From Hypanus sabinus (Eukaryota), in the NCBI RefSeq assembly GCF_030144855.1, contig NC_082707.1:26660001-26724000 (forward strand): a stretch of DNA of 64,000 nt, written 5' to 3'. The notes under the pieces were generated by a model. That model ran no database searches. It worked only from the letters and a program-made list of their open reading frames with translations, and was not told where the DNA came from. Made by a program: the position numbers and the translations under genes. This document shows, piece after piece, positions 11,731 to 23,780 of the stretch; within the stretch, counting starts at the first letter, position 1, and each line of letters begins with the position of its first letter.

Positions 11731-11925
11731 TGATGAACTCTCAATAACTCCAAAAGACTGGAAGTAGAGTAAATACTGAAAGGCTTTTATTATCAGTAAA
11801 ACGAACACGGTCATGCTGGATGACTGTGGGAGGAGCAGAGACACAATCACCTTTATCCTGTGGAAGGAGCAACAGGAGCAGTCAGCAGAGGGGCATGTCC
11901 AGACAGATATACATGGTTTACCACA
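11731..11925 (-). repeat. 5' LTR (195 bp) of the Gypsy element
   Basis: TG...CA termini, minus-strand AATAAA at ~11786-11791, direct repeat of 7588-7790. Confidence 0.95.
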
Positions 11926-12734
11926 GAAGGACCCCATGCACCACTCATACAAACTCTTCTCCCTCCTGCCATCTGGGAAAAGGCACTGAAGCATTTGGGC
12001 TCTCAACACCAGACTATGTAACAGTTTCTTCCCCCAAGCCATCAGACTCCTCAATACCAACAATACCCAGAGTCTGAACTGACACCAACTTACTGCCCCC
12101 TACTGTTCCTTTTGTCTTGTTTATTATTTATTGTAATATCTGCACTGTTTTGTGCACTTTATGCAGTCGTGGGTAGGTCTGTAGTCTTGTGTAGCTTTTC
12201 TTTCTGTATTGCTTTTACGTAGTTCAGTGTAGTTTTTGTACCATTTCATGTAACACCATGGTCCTGAAAAACATTGTCTCGTTTTCATTGTGTACTGTAC
12301 CAGCAGTTATGGTCGAAATGACAATAGAAAAGTGACTTGACTTGACTTGGAAGTATGCATGTCACCAGCAGACGGAGCCTGGTTTGGGAGTACTGACACA
12401 GTAGAATTAGTTTTAGATTGCAGTAGAAACACACTAACAAAACCATTAAGGGATACATAATTCAACAGATAATACACAATCGGTAAGATGGTGACATGTT
12501 TGATCACAGCAGTTTCTATGGGTTCAGCCATGGTTGTTATTGTTCTTTTTAAACATATGTTTTATGATTGGAAGATCCTGCTAGAGATTAAGAACTCAAA
12601 GTATTACCTGTCTGCCCCATCGGCAAGTTGCTTGTTAGCAGAGAAACTGAAGCATTTGGATTTGATAAAGATCATGCTGCTGCCTGCAACTGAGAGGTGT
12701 CGGATTGCGAAGGCCAAGAGGGAGTCTAACAGTG

Positions 12735-13225
12735 AGTGATTGTCCTAGTCACCTTTTTTATGATTACAAGGCCCTGTTGGACATTGTTAATGTAGAATGC
12801 TGCAAGTCTGATTCAGCGATTTATTGGCGGTTGGCAGGGAAGCTGCATGGCCTCGGTTTTAGTGTGGACTAGGCCTCAAAGCCACAGTATCTCCTATTTA
12901 CGGCTGCCCAGGAGAGAGGCTTTGGAGTCGGAGTGCCCCACCAAAGACAGTGCAGTGTGGTGTACAAGCTGGAGTCCTTCCAGTCCCCAGTGTTCACTCT
13001 GCAGAAGACAAACTGTACTGTCTTCGCTTGAAGATTTTTGCAATATCCATGGACTCGGTCTTGGATTATATATTTTGTGTGTGATTGTATTTTACTGATA
13101 TCTCATATGTGCTTGCTACATTACATATGTCTTGTGCCATGTATGACTGTTAGTTTTGTGTTCTGCACCTTGGCCCCGGAATGAGTATTCATGTATGGTT
13201 CAATGACAATTAAACTGAATTTGGA
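12735..13225 (+). mobile_element. Non-autonomous Rex-tailed interspersed repeat
   Basis: T-rich 3' UTR ending atgacaattaaactgaatt, similar to the Rex tails in this window. Confidence 0.4.
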
Positions 13226-13603
13226 CCAATTAGAACGTTAAAAAATATATAGTCTTATTCTCTGAAGCATTCGTATAGCAACTTCCACAATTCCAAAGGC
13301 ATATTATGAAATAAATTAAATTATTTTGAATGACTAATCTTAGAAAGGAGATGAGACTAAACATGTGGAATAGCAAAGGACACTGAATGAGAAAAAGAAG
13401 GGATAAGTATTATAACTCCCAAGTAAACTGGCAGAAGAACAAATGGGTATAAGGAACAGGGCATTTGCAATGTGTACAGGAACTTCCTATTATTCAATGT
13501 GCAAAAATTCAAGCTGTTGAATCTCCTAAAGGGAAGGAGATCAACACAGCTAGACAGATTTAATGTATCTAAACAATAGTGAGGGGGCAGGATGAAGGTA
13601 ACG

Positions 13604-13978
13604 TCTGTACCAAAGGAGGTGTAAGGGGCTCCTTCCATCCGCTAGCCAGCAGGTCACCCATAGGCAGGGTGAAGCATCTGCTTAGCCCCTCAATCAGAGT
13701 CACGTGAAGCCATGGGAGTAGGTGGTGGATGGTCAGATGTCATATCGCAAGTCCTGGTCATGTGACCACTGACCCCAAGCAGACAATCTCTGAAGAGTAT
13801 TGATAATGGCTGGGGGTCACCCATCTTGTAAAGACACTGCCCAGAAGAAGGCAATGGCAAACCGCTTCCGTAGAAAAACTTTGCCCAAGACTAATCTTTG
13901 TCATGATAGAGAAAAGAATCCGATGAAAGGCAATGGTCACCCACATCGTACAACACAGTACATAATGAATGGATGAAG
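13604..13978 (+). mobile_element. RTE-related SINE or non-autonomous element with a Bov-A-like motif
   Basis: agaagaaggcaatggcaaaccgcttccgtagaaaaactttgccc resembles the RTE/BovB-type ggagaaggcaatggcaacccactccagtattcttgcc motif; short (atgaa) tail. Confidence 0.55.
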
Positions 13979-14977
13979 TAAGAGTGATATCATATAAGGT
14001 CTGACGAAAAACTAAGGAATGATGAAGCAAAGTGGAAAAAAAATACAAATTTAAGGAAGTAGAACAGAACCTGTGAAATTTAACTGAGAACCAAACCAGA
14101 AATTTAAAACAAAGATCTGTGTGTCCAATTTCCCTAGCTGCTAGAGTGAGATTAGCACTTTTTATAACAAAAATTAGACAATGTCTCTAGGGAAACAATA
14201 TCACCTTTAAAAGCCTGAAGGAACAAGTCGCTAACTGCATTCCATGGATGAATGAAGAAGTGAGCACAAGGCAGGCAACAAGTGCCTGAATGATAAGAGA
14301 ATGTCTAAAATGAATACAATATGATCAGGATTATAATTCCGGGAGGCAGTGAAACACAGCAAAATCAAATTGCCAAAGAATATCAGAAGGAATAGTAGCT
14401 TAAATCGAAGTATAAATAAATAACAAACAAAAATCAGGTAACAGCTCAGGTCGCATGAGTCAATGATAGCAAAATGACAAAACTATTTAATAATGACTTC
14501 TTGGTGAACACGACAGTAAAGAAATTTGTAAAAATAAAATTATTTAAAGTTAGATAAAGAAAGGTAATAGATAAATTAATCACATTTAGAGAATATAAGT
14601 CATCTAGTCCAGCCAGACATATAATAGTTTTTACTTGGTAGAGATTTCCCAGTAATCAGTCCCAGGTTCAAAAGACAGAGTTTAATTAATCCAGATTACT
14701 TATGTAAATAACAACAGGGCTTGGTCAATGGACACTACCTATCACCATTCTGAATAACTGTCTTTACTCCCCTATTCCCTGCTTCACGATATGCAATTTT
14801 CTTTTACACTCAACACTTTTATTTGTTCCTTAACTCTGCATTCTGACACGAGTTTTATGTATGAACTAAGCAGCAGTTTATCAAACACTAGTAAGAAGAA
14901 ATCAAATTTACATTAATTGTACTGATGCATTATTTACTCTTCTTACCGTCTCTTCAAATAAATAAAAAAATAATTCA

Positions 14978-15083
14978 TTGCATTTAAATTCATTGCACCT
15001 TTCACAGCCTGGGGATTAGCCAAGTGATTGACAACCAACAAAGCACTTGTACAGTGCTCTCATCATTGTAATGTTGAAAATGA
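14978..15083 (-). mobile_element. Ancient Deu-SINE (SacSINE1-like) 3' remnant
   Basis: ttgcattt..gcacctttcac..aaagcactt..cattgtaatgt matches the reverse complement of the Deu-SINE 3' region as recalled. Confidence 0.4.
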
Positions 15084-15114
15084 GTTTAATACAAATTGTC
15101 AACAGAAAATTAAA

Positions 15115-15393
15115 TTTATTTATTTACTGAGATACAGCTCAGAACAGGTCTGTCCAACCCTTTTAACTGTACTACCCAATTTAACCCTAGCCTAATCATG
15201 GGACAATATACAATGACCAATTAACCTGCCAACGGGTACATCTTTGGACTGTGGGAGGAAACCAGAGCACCCAGAGGAAACCCACATGGTCATGGGGAGA
15301 ACATGCAATCTCCTTACAGGCAGTGGCGGGAGTTGAACTCACATCGCTGGTACTGTAAGATGGTGTGTTAGCCATTACGCTACTGTTCCGCCC
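15115..15393 (-). mobile_element. tRNA-derived V-SINE (HE1-like) with a CR1-type tail
   Basis: Minus strand has A/B boxes (tagcgtaatgg, gagttcaactc), V domain gcatgttctcccc..gtgggtttcctctgggtgctctggtttcctcccacagtccaaag, and a (TAAA)n tail. Confidence 0.85.
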
Positions 15394-16440
15394 CATAAAG
15401 GTAGTCAGAACTAATTCCAACATGGAATTCATGCTTGTCTATCTGTATTAAACTAAAATTGTATTGAAATCATTTCTTTAAGCTGGCATTGTTAAACAAT
15501 GTGTTAACTACTACAGTACTATGCTGTCACCTTGCCAATCGACAGTTAGGGATTTTGTGAAGAAGAGGATCACTGAGGTAAGATATTCAGACATGTTCTC
15601 TTTGGATGGTGGAGCAAATGTAAGGGACCAGAGGGACTATTCCTGCTTCTTTTTCTCATGTTCTTAATGAAAGGTCAGTGACCTGAAATGTTTATCTCTT
15701 TTTCTCACCACAGATGCTGTCTGACCTGCTGTGTCTTTTTTACCTATAACTTCTGCTTTGGTCTCAGATCTTTCAGGATCCTCAATATTTGAGGACCCTA
15801 CCTGCAAAGTAAAACACCACTGGAGAAATCAGAAACTTAAATGCTTAAAAACCTGAAGGCACTGTGGGATGGTTTGACCTGTATGAACTGTGTGCAAGAC
15901 AAGCTTTTTGCAGTGTTTGGTTCAGGTGATAATAATAAACCAATTCCAATTTCAATCTGCAGCATGGTGAGATTTCTGGATGGGTTTAATGGAATAGGGA
16001 GTGAAGAGACTTACTTTCATTATGATGGCAAGAGCAAATTCCATGCTGTGTGACTACCTGGTTCCTGGAAGTATTGTTTTATCAAAACAATGACACTTAA
16101 AAGATAAGTCTGCAAAAGAATGTTTGGTTTCAGTGCTTTAGGTCAACAGCAATGGATAACCTGCTGAAGCTTTTATCAGCTGTTGGTGTCATACTGTTTG
16201 CAGAGTCCAGAAGAAAACTGTAAAATCAACATCGGAGTGCTATTGGTCTTTAGCGTTCCTGGCTATCCTCTGGTGTAAGGAATCATAGAAAGGAGAAATA
16301 CAGTGAATTAAATGGGAAAAATGTTAGTGAAAATGCACATCAGAATCAGGTTTATTATCACTTACATAGGTATGCCATGAAATTTGTTGCTTTGTGGCTG
16401 TAGTCCAGAGCATAGCATAAGAAATACTCTAAGTTACAAT

Positions 16441-17290
16441 AATTGAATTGAATTGACTTTATTTCTTACATCCTTCACATACGTGAGGAGTAATAATCTT
16501 TACGTCTCCATCTAAATGCACAATATGCAATCATAGTAATTTATAATAAATAGAACAGTCAGTGTAATATAGAGTACACTCAGATCAGCGTGAGTTCATC
16601 AGTCTGACGGCCTGGTGGAAGAAGCTGTCCCGGAGCCTGTTGGTCCTGGCTTTTATGCTGAGATACCGCTTCCTGGATGGTAGCAGCTGCAATAGATTGT
16701 GGTTGAGGAGGCTCGGGTCCCCAGGATCCTACAGGCCCTTTTTGCACACCTGCACTTGTAAATGTCCTGAATAATGGGTAGTTCACAACTACAGATGTTC
16801 TGGGTACCACTCTCTGCAGAGTCCTGCGATTGAGGGAAGTACAGTTCCCACACCAGGCAGTGATGCAGCCAGTCAGGATGCTCTCAATTGTGCCCCTGTA
16901 GAAAGTTCTTAGGATTTGGGGGCCCAGACCAAACTTCCTCATCCATCTGAGGTGAAAGAGGCGCTGTTGAGCCTTTTTTACTACACAGCTGCTGTGTACA
17001 GACCACGTGAGGTCGATGATGTGGATGCCGAGGAACTTGAAGCTGTTTGCCCTCTCAACCCCAGATCCATTGATGTCAATAGGGGTTAGCCCATCTCCAT
17101 TGCTCCTGTAATCCACAACCAGCTCCTTTGCGACATGAGAGGTTGTTTTCTGTGTCAGAGAGATGACTTCTTCCCTGCGGGCCACCTTGTTATTGTTCGG
17201 GATTAGGCCAACCAATGTAGTATCATCAGTAAATTTAGTTAGCAGATTGGAGCTGTGGGAGGCAACACAGTCATGGGTGTACGGTGAGTC
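16441..17290 (-). mobile_element. Rex1/Babar LINE 3' fragment (RT ORF 16580-17285)
   Basis: YTHDC, KFTDDTTLVGLI, FKFLGIHI, KKAQQRLFHLR; (CAATT)n tail at 16441-16456. Confidence 0.92.
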
Positions 17291-17534
17291 TGATTGCAGA
17301 GGGGAAGAAACTGACATTGACCTCATGGACGTGGATTAAATGGGGTACTGACCAGATACTAGAGACCTCTGCTGATCAATAAGCTATTCACTATATGTAT
17401 ACTGTAATTGATTTACTTATTTATTATTATTATTATTTTTTTCTCTCTGTATCATGTATTGCATTGAACTGCTGCTGCTAAGTTAAGAAATTTCACGACA
17501 CATGCCGGTGATAATAAACCCGATTCTGATTCTG

Positions 17535-19045
17535 AGAACTCACCAATATCTTTAACCTCTCACTTTGGCAGACTGATTCAAGCAAGCTTCAATCATGCTG
17601 GTGCCTAAGAAGAACGTGGTCATCTGTCACAATGACTATCATCCAGTACCACTTACACCCCCTGTGATGAAGCGTTTTGAGAAGTTGGTGATGAAACAGG
17701 ATAACTCCTGTCTAGGAAGCGACTTCGGAACCACTCCAATTTGCCTACCAGTGCAACAGGTCAACAACAAATGCCATTTCATTGGCTCTTCACTAAATCC
17801 TGGAACATTTATACAGCAAAGTTGCTTGCATCAGAATGCTCTTCAAAGTTCAAAGTTTAAAGTAAATTTTATTATCAGAGTACACATATGTCACTACACA
17901 CAACCCTGAGATCCTTTTTCCTGTGGGCATACTCAGTAATTGTATGAAATAGTAACTATAACAGGAGGAATGGAAGATCAACCAGAGTGCAGAAAATAAC
18001 AAACTGTGCAAACGCAAATATAAGTTGAAATAATTAACAAAAAACATGTAATAACAAGATAAAGAGTCCTGAAAGTGAGATCATTGGTTGTGGGAGCATC
18101 TCAATAGATGGACAGGTGAGTGTATTCAAAAGGGGTTGAGGGCTAGTAACTATTCTTGCACCTGGAAGTACTTGGCATTCAATATTATCATTACCTTAAA
18201 ACTAGTCAATAATCTTCAAGTTCTAGGCCTCGATACCTCCTGTGCAACTGGATTCTCTATTTCCTCACTTTCCAACCCTCCTCAGTTGGGATGGCAACAA
18301 CAGCTCCTCCACAATCCTCCCCAACACCGATACACCAAAATGTTACCCTCTGCTCTACTTGCTTTACATTCATGACTATAAGGCTAAGCACAGCTCCAAT
18401 GTCATATTCAAGTTTGCTGATGATATCACTGTCATCAGCCATATCAGTACATAAGAAGGAGATTGAAAATCTGGCTCAGTGGTGCCACAACAACAGCCTC
18501 TTACTCAAAATGTCAGCAAGACCAAGGAGATGATATATTGAAACCGGAGGTCCATGAGCCAGTCCTCATCAGGGATTCAGAGCTAGAGAGGGTCGGCAAC
18601 TCTGAAGACCTCAGTGGTATTCTTTGAGAGGACCTTATCTGTGTCCAGCCATCAGGAAGGTGGTGCAGAAGCCTCTGAACCTACACCACCAGGTACAGGA
18701 ACAGGTATTACCCCTCAACATCAGGCATTTGGACCAGAAGGGATAACTTCTCTCGCCCCTTCACTGAACTGTTGATTCACTTTCAAGGACTCTTCATCTC
18801 ATGTGCTTGAAAGTGATTGAGTATTTATTTAATTATTTACAATTATTATTTTCTCTTTGTTTTTGTACTCGCTCAGTTTGTTGTTTTATTTTGTATATTG
18901 GTTGTTGTCCATCCTGTTGGGTGTGATCTGTCATTGATTCTGTTGTGCATTTACTGTGAATGCCCACAAGAAAATGAATCTCGGGGTTGGATATGGTGAC
19001 ATATATGTACTTTGATAATAAATTTACATTGATCTTTGAACTTTG
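17535..19045 (+). mobile_element. Degraded Rex1/Babar LINE with a nested inverted Rex 3' tail (17845-18170)
   Basis: VPKK..CHNDYHPVPLT..MKRFEKLV; IFKFADD; (CTTTGAA) tail. Confidence 0.8.
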
Positions 19046-19439
19046 AAGGGCCTGTTTCTGTGCTGTAGTGCTCTACTATTCTATGACTCTAATTCCTAGG
19101 CCATTATTTTTCAAGGACGTCTGTGACTCCTGGCATTGAAGAATCACAGAACACCAATCGAGGTCATGCAACTTGTAATTCCTGTGTAGGCTCTTTGAAG
19201 TGCAATTTCTTTACTCCTGTCACCTTCTTCTCTCTTCGTTATCTCTTTTCATTTCCTGCATTAATTCAGTTTTTTGTCAACAGTTTCCAGTGAATCAGTA
19301 AGGCCTATGTTGTATCCACAATTCCAGAACTCAACAATTGGCTGGCTACAATTTATCAGATAATGGTGAAAGATCAACCCTGTGAATATATTGTTGTGTA
19401 AATGTTCAGTTCACTGAACATTAAACTGCAGAATTTCTG

Positions 19440-20035
19440 TCTCTTCACTTCTTCTCTTCATTTCTCTTTTTCTATCTTTCTAGATATTCCCTCTCTCCCA
19501 CTGACTTCTATCGCTTTTACTTTTTCAAAGACTACTTCCTTTCTCTGTTAACCTGATTTTCCTCCTCATTCCTCTCCCTTTTTCTACTTTCTTTGTCTCT
19601 TTATGCCTCCATTGTTTCCTCTCTCATTTCCCATCTGACTCCACACTTTTACTTTATTTCCTCACTCTTTCAAATTTCCTTTCTCTGTCTGTCTCACTCT
19701 CCCTCTTTGCCTTCCTTTTATTCCCTATTTGTCTTTCTCTATCTTTCACCCTCTTTATTCCATTTGCATTCTTTTAATCTTCCCCCTTCTTTGTCACTAT
19801 GTATCTCATTCTCTCTGCCTCTCTTTCAGTTTCTCATCTCCTTATCTGTTTCACTCTCTTTTCTGTATCATATCTGTCTCGATCATGTCATTCCATTCTT
19901 CTCCCTCTCTCCACATCTCTATCTCTCCTCCTCTCCCCTTACTCCATCACCAGCTTCCTTGCCTTCTCTCTTGCTTTCTTCTATCTCTCAATTTCTCTGT
20001 TGCTTTCAATCCCTTTGTTCCTCTCGGACTCTCCT
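19440..20035. repeat. ~600-bp low-complexity polypyrimidine (CT-rich) tract
   Basis: Strong C/T strand bias; the ORFs here are compositional artefacts. Confidence 0.85.
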
Positions 20036-20899
20036 AAAAAGAAATATAAGATGTAAACAGTTTCTTAACAAACTCCGTCAGAAATAATAATTACAATTTT
20101 ATGACATTGCTTTCTCTACAGGTGAAAGATGCCATTTATGACATCCTGAAATTTTAAATCTTTGAGTACAGTAATGTAGTAATGTAACAAAAAATAACTG
20201 AAATAGAAGAAAAGAGCAGGGGAGAAAAAAGGGAAAAAGGCCTAAACTGTAGTGACTTTACCAACAGGAAAAATCTGTAGGAAAACATTCCAAAACCAAT
20301 GTCTCCACTTTAAAGCTTATGATAGTTTTGAAGGGAGGTGCACTTGTGCAACTGTATGCCATGAAATGACAGTGCTGAAAGAGCAGAAAATGGTCAGATG
20401 GTGATGTGAATGAAGGCAGATGTAAGATTTGTCCTCATTGTAGATGTGGCTGTTCTGACAATGGTGCTCAGTCCAGCAGTCTCCACGTCTGAAGGTATTT
20501 ATGAATTAATTAAGCTCAGCTGGTGTCATATAATTGTAAGTGGGCAGCCACCTGGAATGCCAGTCTTAAAGTATCTGATGCCTCTGTCTAAACAGATGGA
20601 CAGTTAAGTCATGAGCAGAAGTGATAAAGTTAATGAAAGCAAGTTAACTTTTCTGCAAGCCTGACACAGTGAATGGGTAGCTTTGGAGGAATAGACATAC
20701 ACCTTCCATAATCTTGTGTGTATTGCTCAAGATTTCCAGCATCTGCAGAACCACTTGTGTTCAGAATAACTTTGTGTGTCAGGCAATAATCAACATTGCC
20801 TACTTATTGGGGCCATTTGCAAATTCCAACATCCCTCTTCAGTAAAGAATGCAGGGATACATGCAGTACACATTTAACCTTGGCCATGGAGAAACTTTT

Positions 20900-22100
20900 A
20901 ATAATCAGGAATGAAAGTGTCAGTCAATTATTCAATATGATATGATCGGTGTAAGCCAGCATGGAATGTAAATCATTTTTAATTAACCTGCTGAATTTTA
21001 AAGAAGTAACATTGATAATTGAGTCAAATGCAGTTGATTCAGTGTCTATGGAATTTCAAAAAGCATCTGGTATGCGTTAGATAATGTACTTGTCATCAAG
21101 TTAGAGGTCAATGGAATGAAAGATTTTGACAGTATGGATAGAAAATGCATCATGTCACAGGAAACAGGAAAATATTAAATCGTTGTTTTTCAGGCTAGAG
21201 GGAAAGATGTTTTGGATTCTGATGTTTTTGATCCAAGGTTCTTTTGGAAGTCAGGGAAGTTGTTGCTTCTCCATTGTTTTATAAAGCACAAAGAAAATAA
21301 AGAGAATTGTAAATGTGGATTTGCAAAAGTCTAGTAACTAAGAATAAAGAACAGACAGACTAGAGATAGCTGGGCAACATGTTTTTATACCCCACAGATA
21401 ATAAACATTCCATTCAATTTCATAGATAAGAGTTAACCAATCAGATAGCCCTCATTTAAATAATGCAATACCAGAGAACTTTCCAGAACTTTCAAAGTAC
21501 TGTAAGCACTAGGGAACACACTGAACAATTGCATAGACATCCTGAGACCACTCCGAAACATATTAAGCAGTTGCATGTGTGTAAGTAGTCATATAAAATA
21601 CAAGTAGGTAATTGCTAAACTGCAAAGAAAATAACAGTCAAACAGTGCATAAGAAGAGCCGTAGGCCATGATACACATTCCTGATAATATTTCATCAGTC
21701 ATTGATCAATGGTTCCGCTTATTCATTCAGTTTGGCTTGATGATTCTGCGAGATGTGGACAATGAAAAGTTAATTCCTGACAAACACTCACTGAGAAATG
21801 TGTTGAAAGAGTTGGTATCATGGATAGAAAATGAGTTATATCACAGGAAACAGGTAAGTATTAAATGATTGGGTTTTTTTTTCAGATAGACAGAGGAGGT
21901 AATCCATGTCCCCAGGTCACTTGTTCTCCTGCTACACATCAGTGGTTTGGACTCACGGTACAAGTTAATTTGCAGAAGCACAAAACTTGGAACAGTAGTG
22001 AACTATGGTATTGTAGATATCAAGAATACAGGGACAGGTTGATAGGCTGTATGGAGTTATGGCATGAAGTTTAACTTAAAAATATACAAACTCATATATC
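20900..22100 (+). mobile_element. Highly degraded CR1-like RT fragments
   Basis: agccagcatgga, gtctatggaatttcaaaaagcat, WIEN..L..RKQ remnants. Confidence 0.55.
21275..21675 (-). mobile_element. Putative solo LTR (~400 bp)
   Basis: TG...CA ends, minus-strand ctgattgg and ggggtataaaa boxes, CATT near both ends as a possible TSD. Confidence 0.4.
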
Positions 22101-22119
22101 TATTGGAAGAGCAAATTGC

Positions 22120-23240
22120 AAGAGGATTTCAGCCAACTTCAACATGATCCCATCACCAGCCACATTTTCTTTTGGCCCATCATTTGGCATTTTCCAGGAA
22201 GCACCCTCTATCTGACTCCCTCATCCACTCTTCTGCTGGCATCCACCACTCAGAGGATCTGTCTTGGGCCTAACGTATTGATGCAATGCAATGGCAATGA
22301 AGGTATACCAGTGGCTCCACGTTATTCCGAGTTTGAAGAGATTTAGTTTGTCACCAAAGACTAGAAAATCTCTATCGATGTACCGTGGGAGGCATTCTGG
22401 TTGGTTGCATCACCACCTGGCATGGATGCTCCAATGCATGGGGTCAAAAGAGACCGTAGAGAGTTTTAAACTTAGCCATCTCCATTACAGGTACAAGCCA
22501 CTCCACCTTGAGGACATCTTCAAAAGGTGGTGGCTCAGGAAGGTGAGATCCTTCATGGAGGACCATCATCATCCAGGAAATGCCACCTCATTACTTCCAT
22601 CAAGAAGGAGGTACAGAAGTTTGAAGATGCTCAGGATCTTAGGAACAGCTTCTTACTTTCCATCATAAGATTTCTAAATGGCCCTCACCATTCCTATTTT
22701 GCACTATTAATTTGTTTTATTTATTCTTGTAACTTGGAGAAATTATTTATATCTGGTACTGTACAACAAATTTTATGACCTGTGTCAGTGATAATAAACC
22801 TGTTTCTATTCTACTTCCCCATCCCAAGACACCTTCCCAAGCAAGAAGAAAAGGTGCAGCACCTATCCATTCACCTCTTTCCTTTCCACTATCCAGGGTT
22901 CAAATAATCACTCTAGGTGAAGCAGCAAATCACTTAAGGTACTTCCAAACTAGACTATTACATTCAGTATTCACAATTTGGCTGCCTCCTCACTAGAAAA
23001 TAAAAAAAAAATAATAGGTTGAATGAACACTTTTTGGAAAACTTGTACTCAGTCCACAGGTGCTGAGATGAGAGTCCTGTTGTCACTCACATTATTAATC
23101 CTACTCCTATTCTGGACCATGTGTCTCTGAACATCACTACCATAATGAGGCCCAGTACAATCATCGCAGTACAACAGATTTTCTTCTTTGTGGGTACTCA
23201 GCAACCTTCTGGAATGATCTGTGAATTCCTCAGATTCAGG
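22120..23240 (+). mobile_element. Degraded Neptune-type PLE (RT thumb and GIY-YIG) split by a Rex1 3' fragment (22290-22810)
   Basis: DFSQLQHDPITSHIF; TIQG..QVKQ; similar to the PLE copies at 23780-24910 and 37210-38650. Confidence 0.65.
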
Positions 23241-23355
23241 TAAACTAATCTCTGTTCATTTCTCATTATCCTGATTATTGTCCTCTTATTGGCTCATTTC
23301 TATAAAATGCCTTTTTAACAGTCAGTACGTATGGTCCTCATCTCCTAATCAGTAT

Positions 23356-23780
23356 TAATCAATTACACTTGTGCATACGGGCTATGCCGTAGCCCTGATT
23401 TTCACTTCTGAGTTGGCTCTATGCCGTAGCGAGCATGCGTTGGTGTGCGCCAAAACACTAGTTGGCAGTGGGGTTTCTTTGCCACTGTATTGAGTTTCTT
23501 CATGAGAGACATGGATGAGGAAATGCATTTCAAACATTTTTGCATGTCGGCAGGTAGATTTGATGATTTGGTTCATCTATTTCACGTCGGTGTACAGAGA
23601 CAGTGGAGAAGAAGCAACTGGAAACGCGTAGGAGGAAACGCGATGATACCAGGCGGACCAATCACCGTTGTTGCGGTCTGCGTCTCTGCGTCGTGCGAGT
23701 TACTTTTTTGGGGAGGTGCACGTCACCCTATGGCGTAGGGTACGTGGTACCTACAGCATTGATGCAATGTACAATCCTTA
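23356..23780 (+). mobile_element. Non-autonomous PIF/Harbinger derivative carrying a transposase fragment
   Basis: RDMDEEMHFKHFCMSAGRFDDLVHL matches the Harbinger N-terminal F..YFRMS...F..L motif; CpG-rich imperfect subterminal inverted repeats; TTAA at both edges. Confidence 0.7.

Larger units (their letters stand above)
7588..11925 (-). mobile_element. Full-length decayed Ty3/Gypsy (Mag-like) LTR retrotransposon
   Basis: Two ~200-bp LTRs with TG...CA ends, TSD GAAGG (7583-7587, 11926-11930), gag-PR-RT-RH-IN order, PPT next to the 3' LTR. Confidence 0.96.
6790..12349 (+). mobile_element. 5'-truncated Rex1/Babar LINE (6790-7587 + 11931-12349) split by a Gypsy insertion
   Basis: ORF 6846-7587 has [38 protein letters not shown]; coding resumes after the TSD (accccatgcaccactcatacaaactc); (GACTT)n tail at 12333-12349. 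Confidence 0.92.

Noticed and set aside
7998-11767. Multiple plus-strand ORFs (e.g. 9464-9949, 10847-11251)
   Set aside because: Antisense shadows of GC-rich Gypsy gag/pol, with no independent motifs
12363-12378. Second CTCF-like motif ccagcagacggagc
   Set aside because: Two mismatches at informative positions
19593-20087. 164-aa and overlapping hydrophobic S/L/F-rich ORFs
   Set aside because: They arise from the CT-rich low-complexity tract, which lacks stop codons
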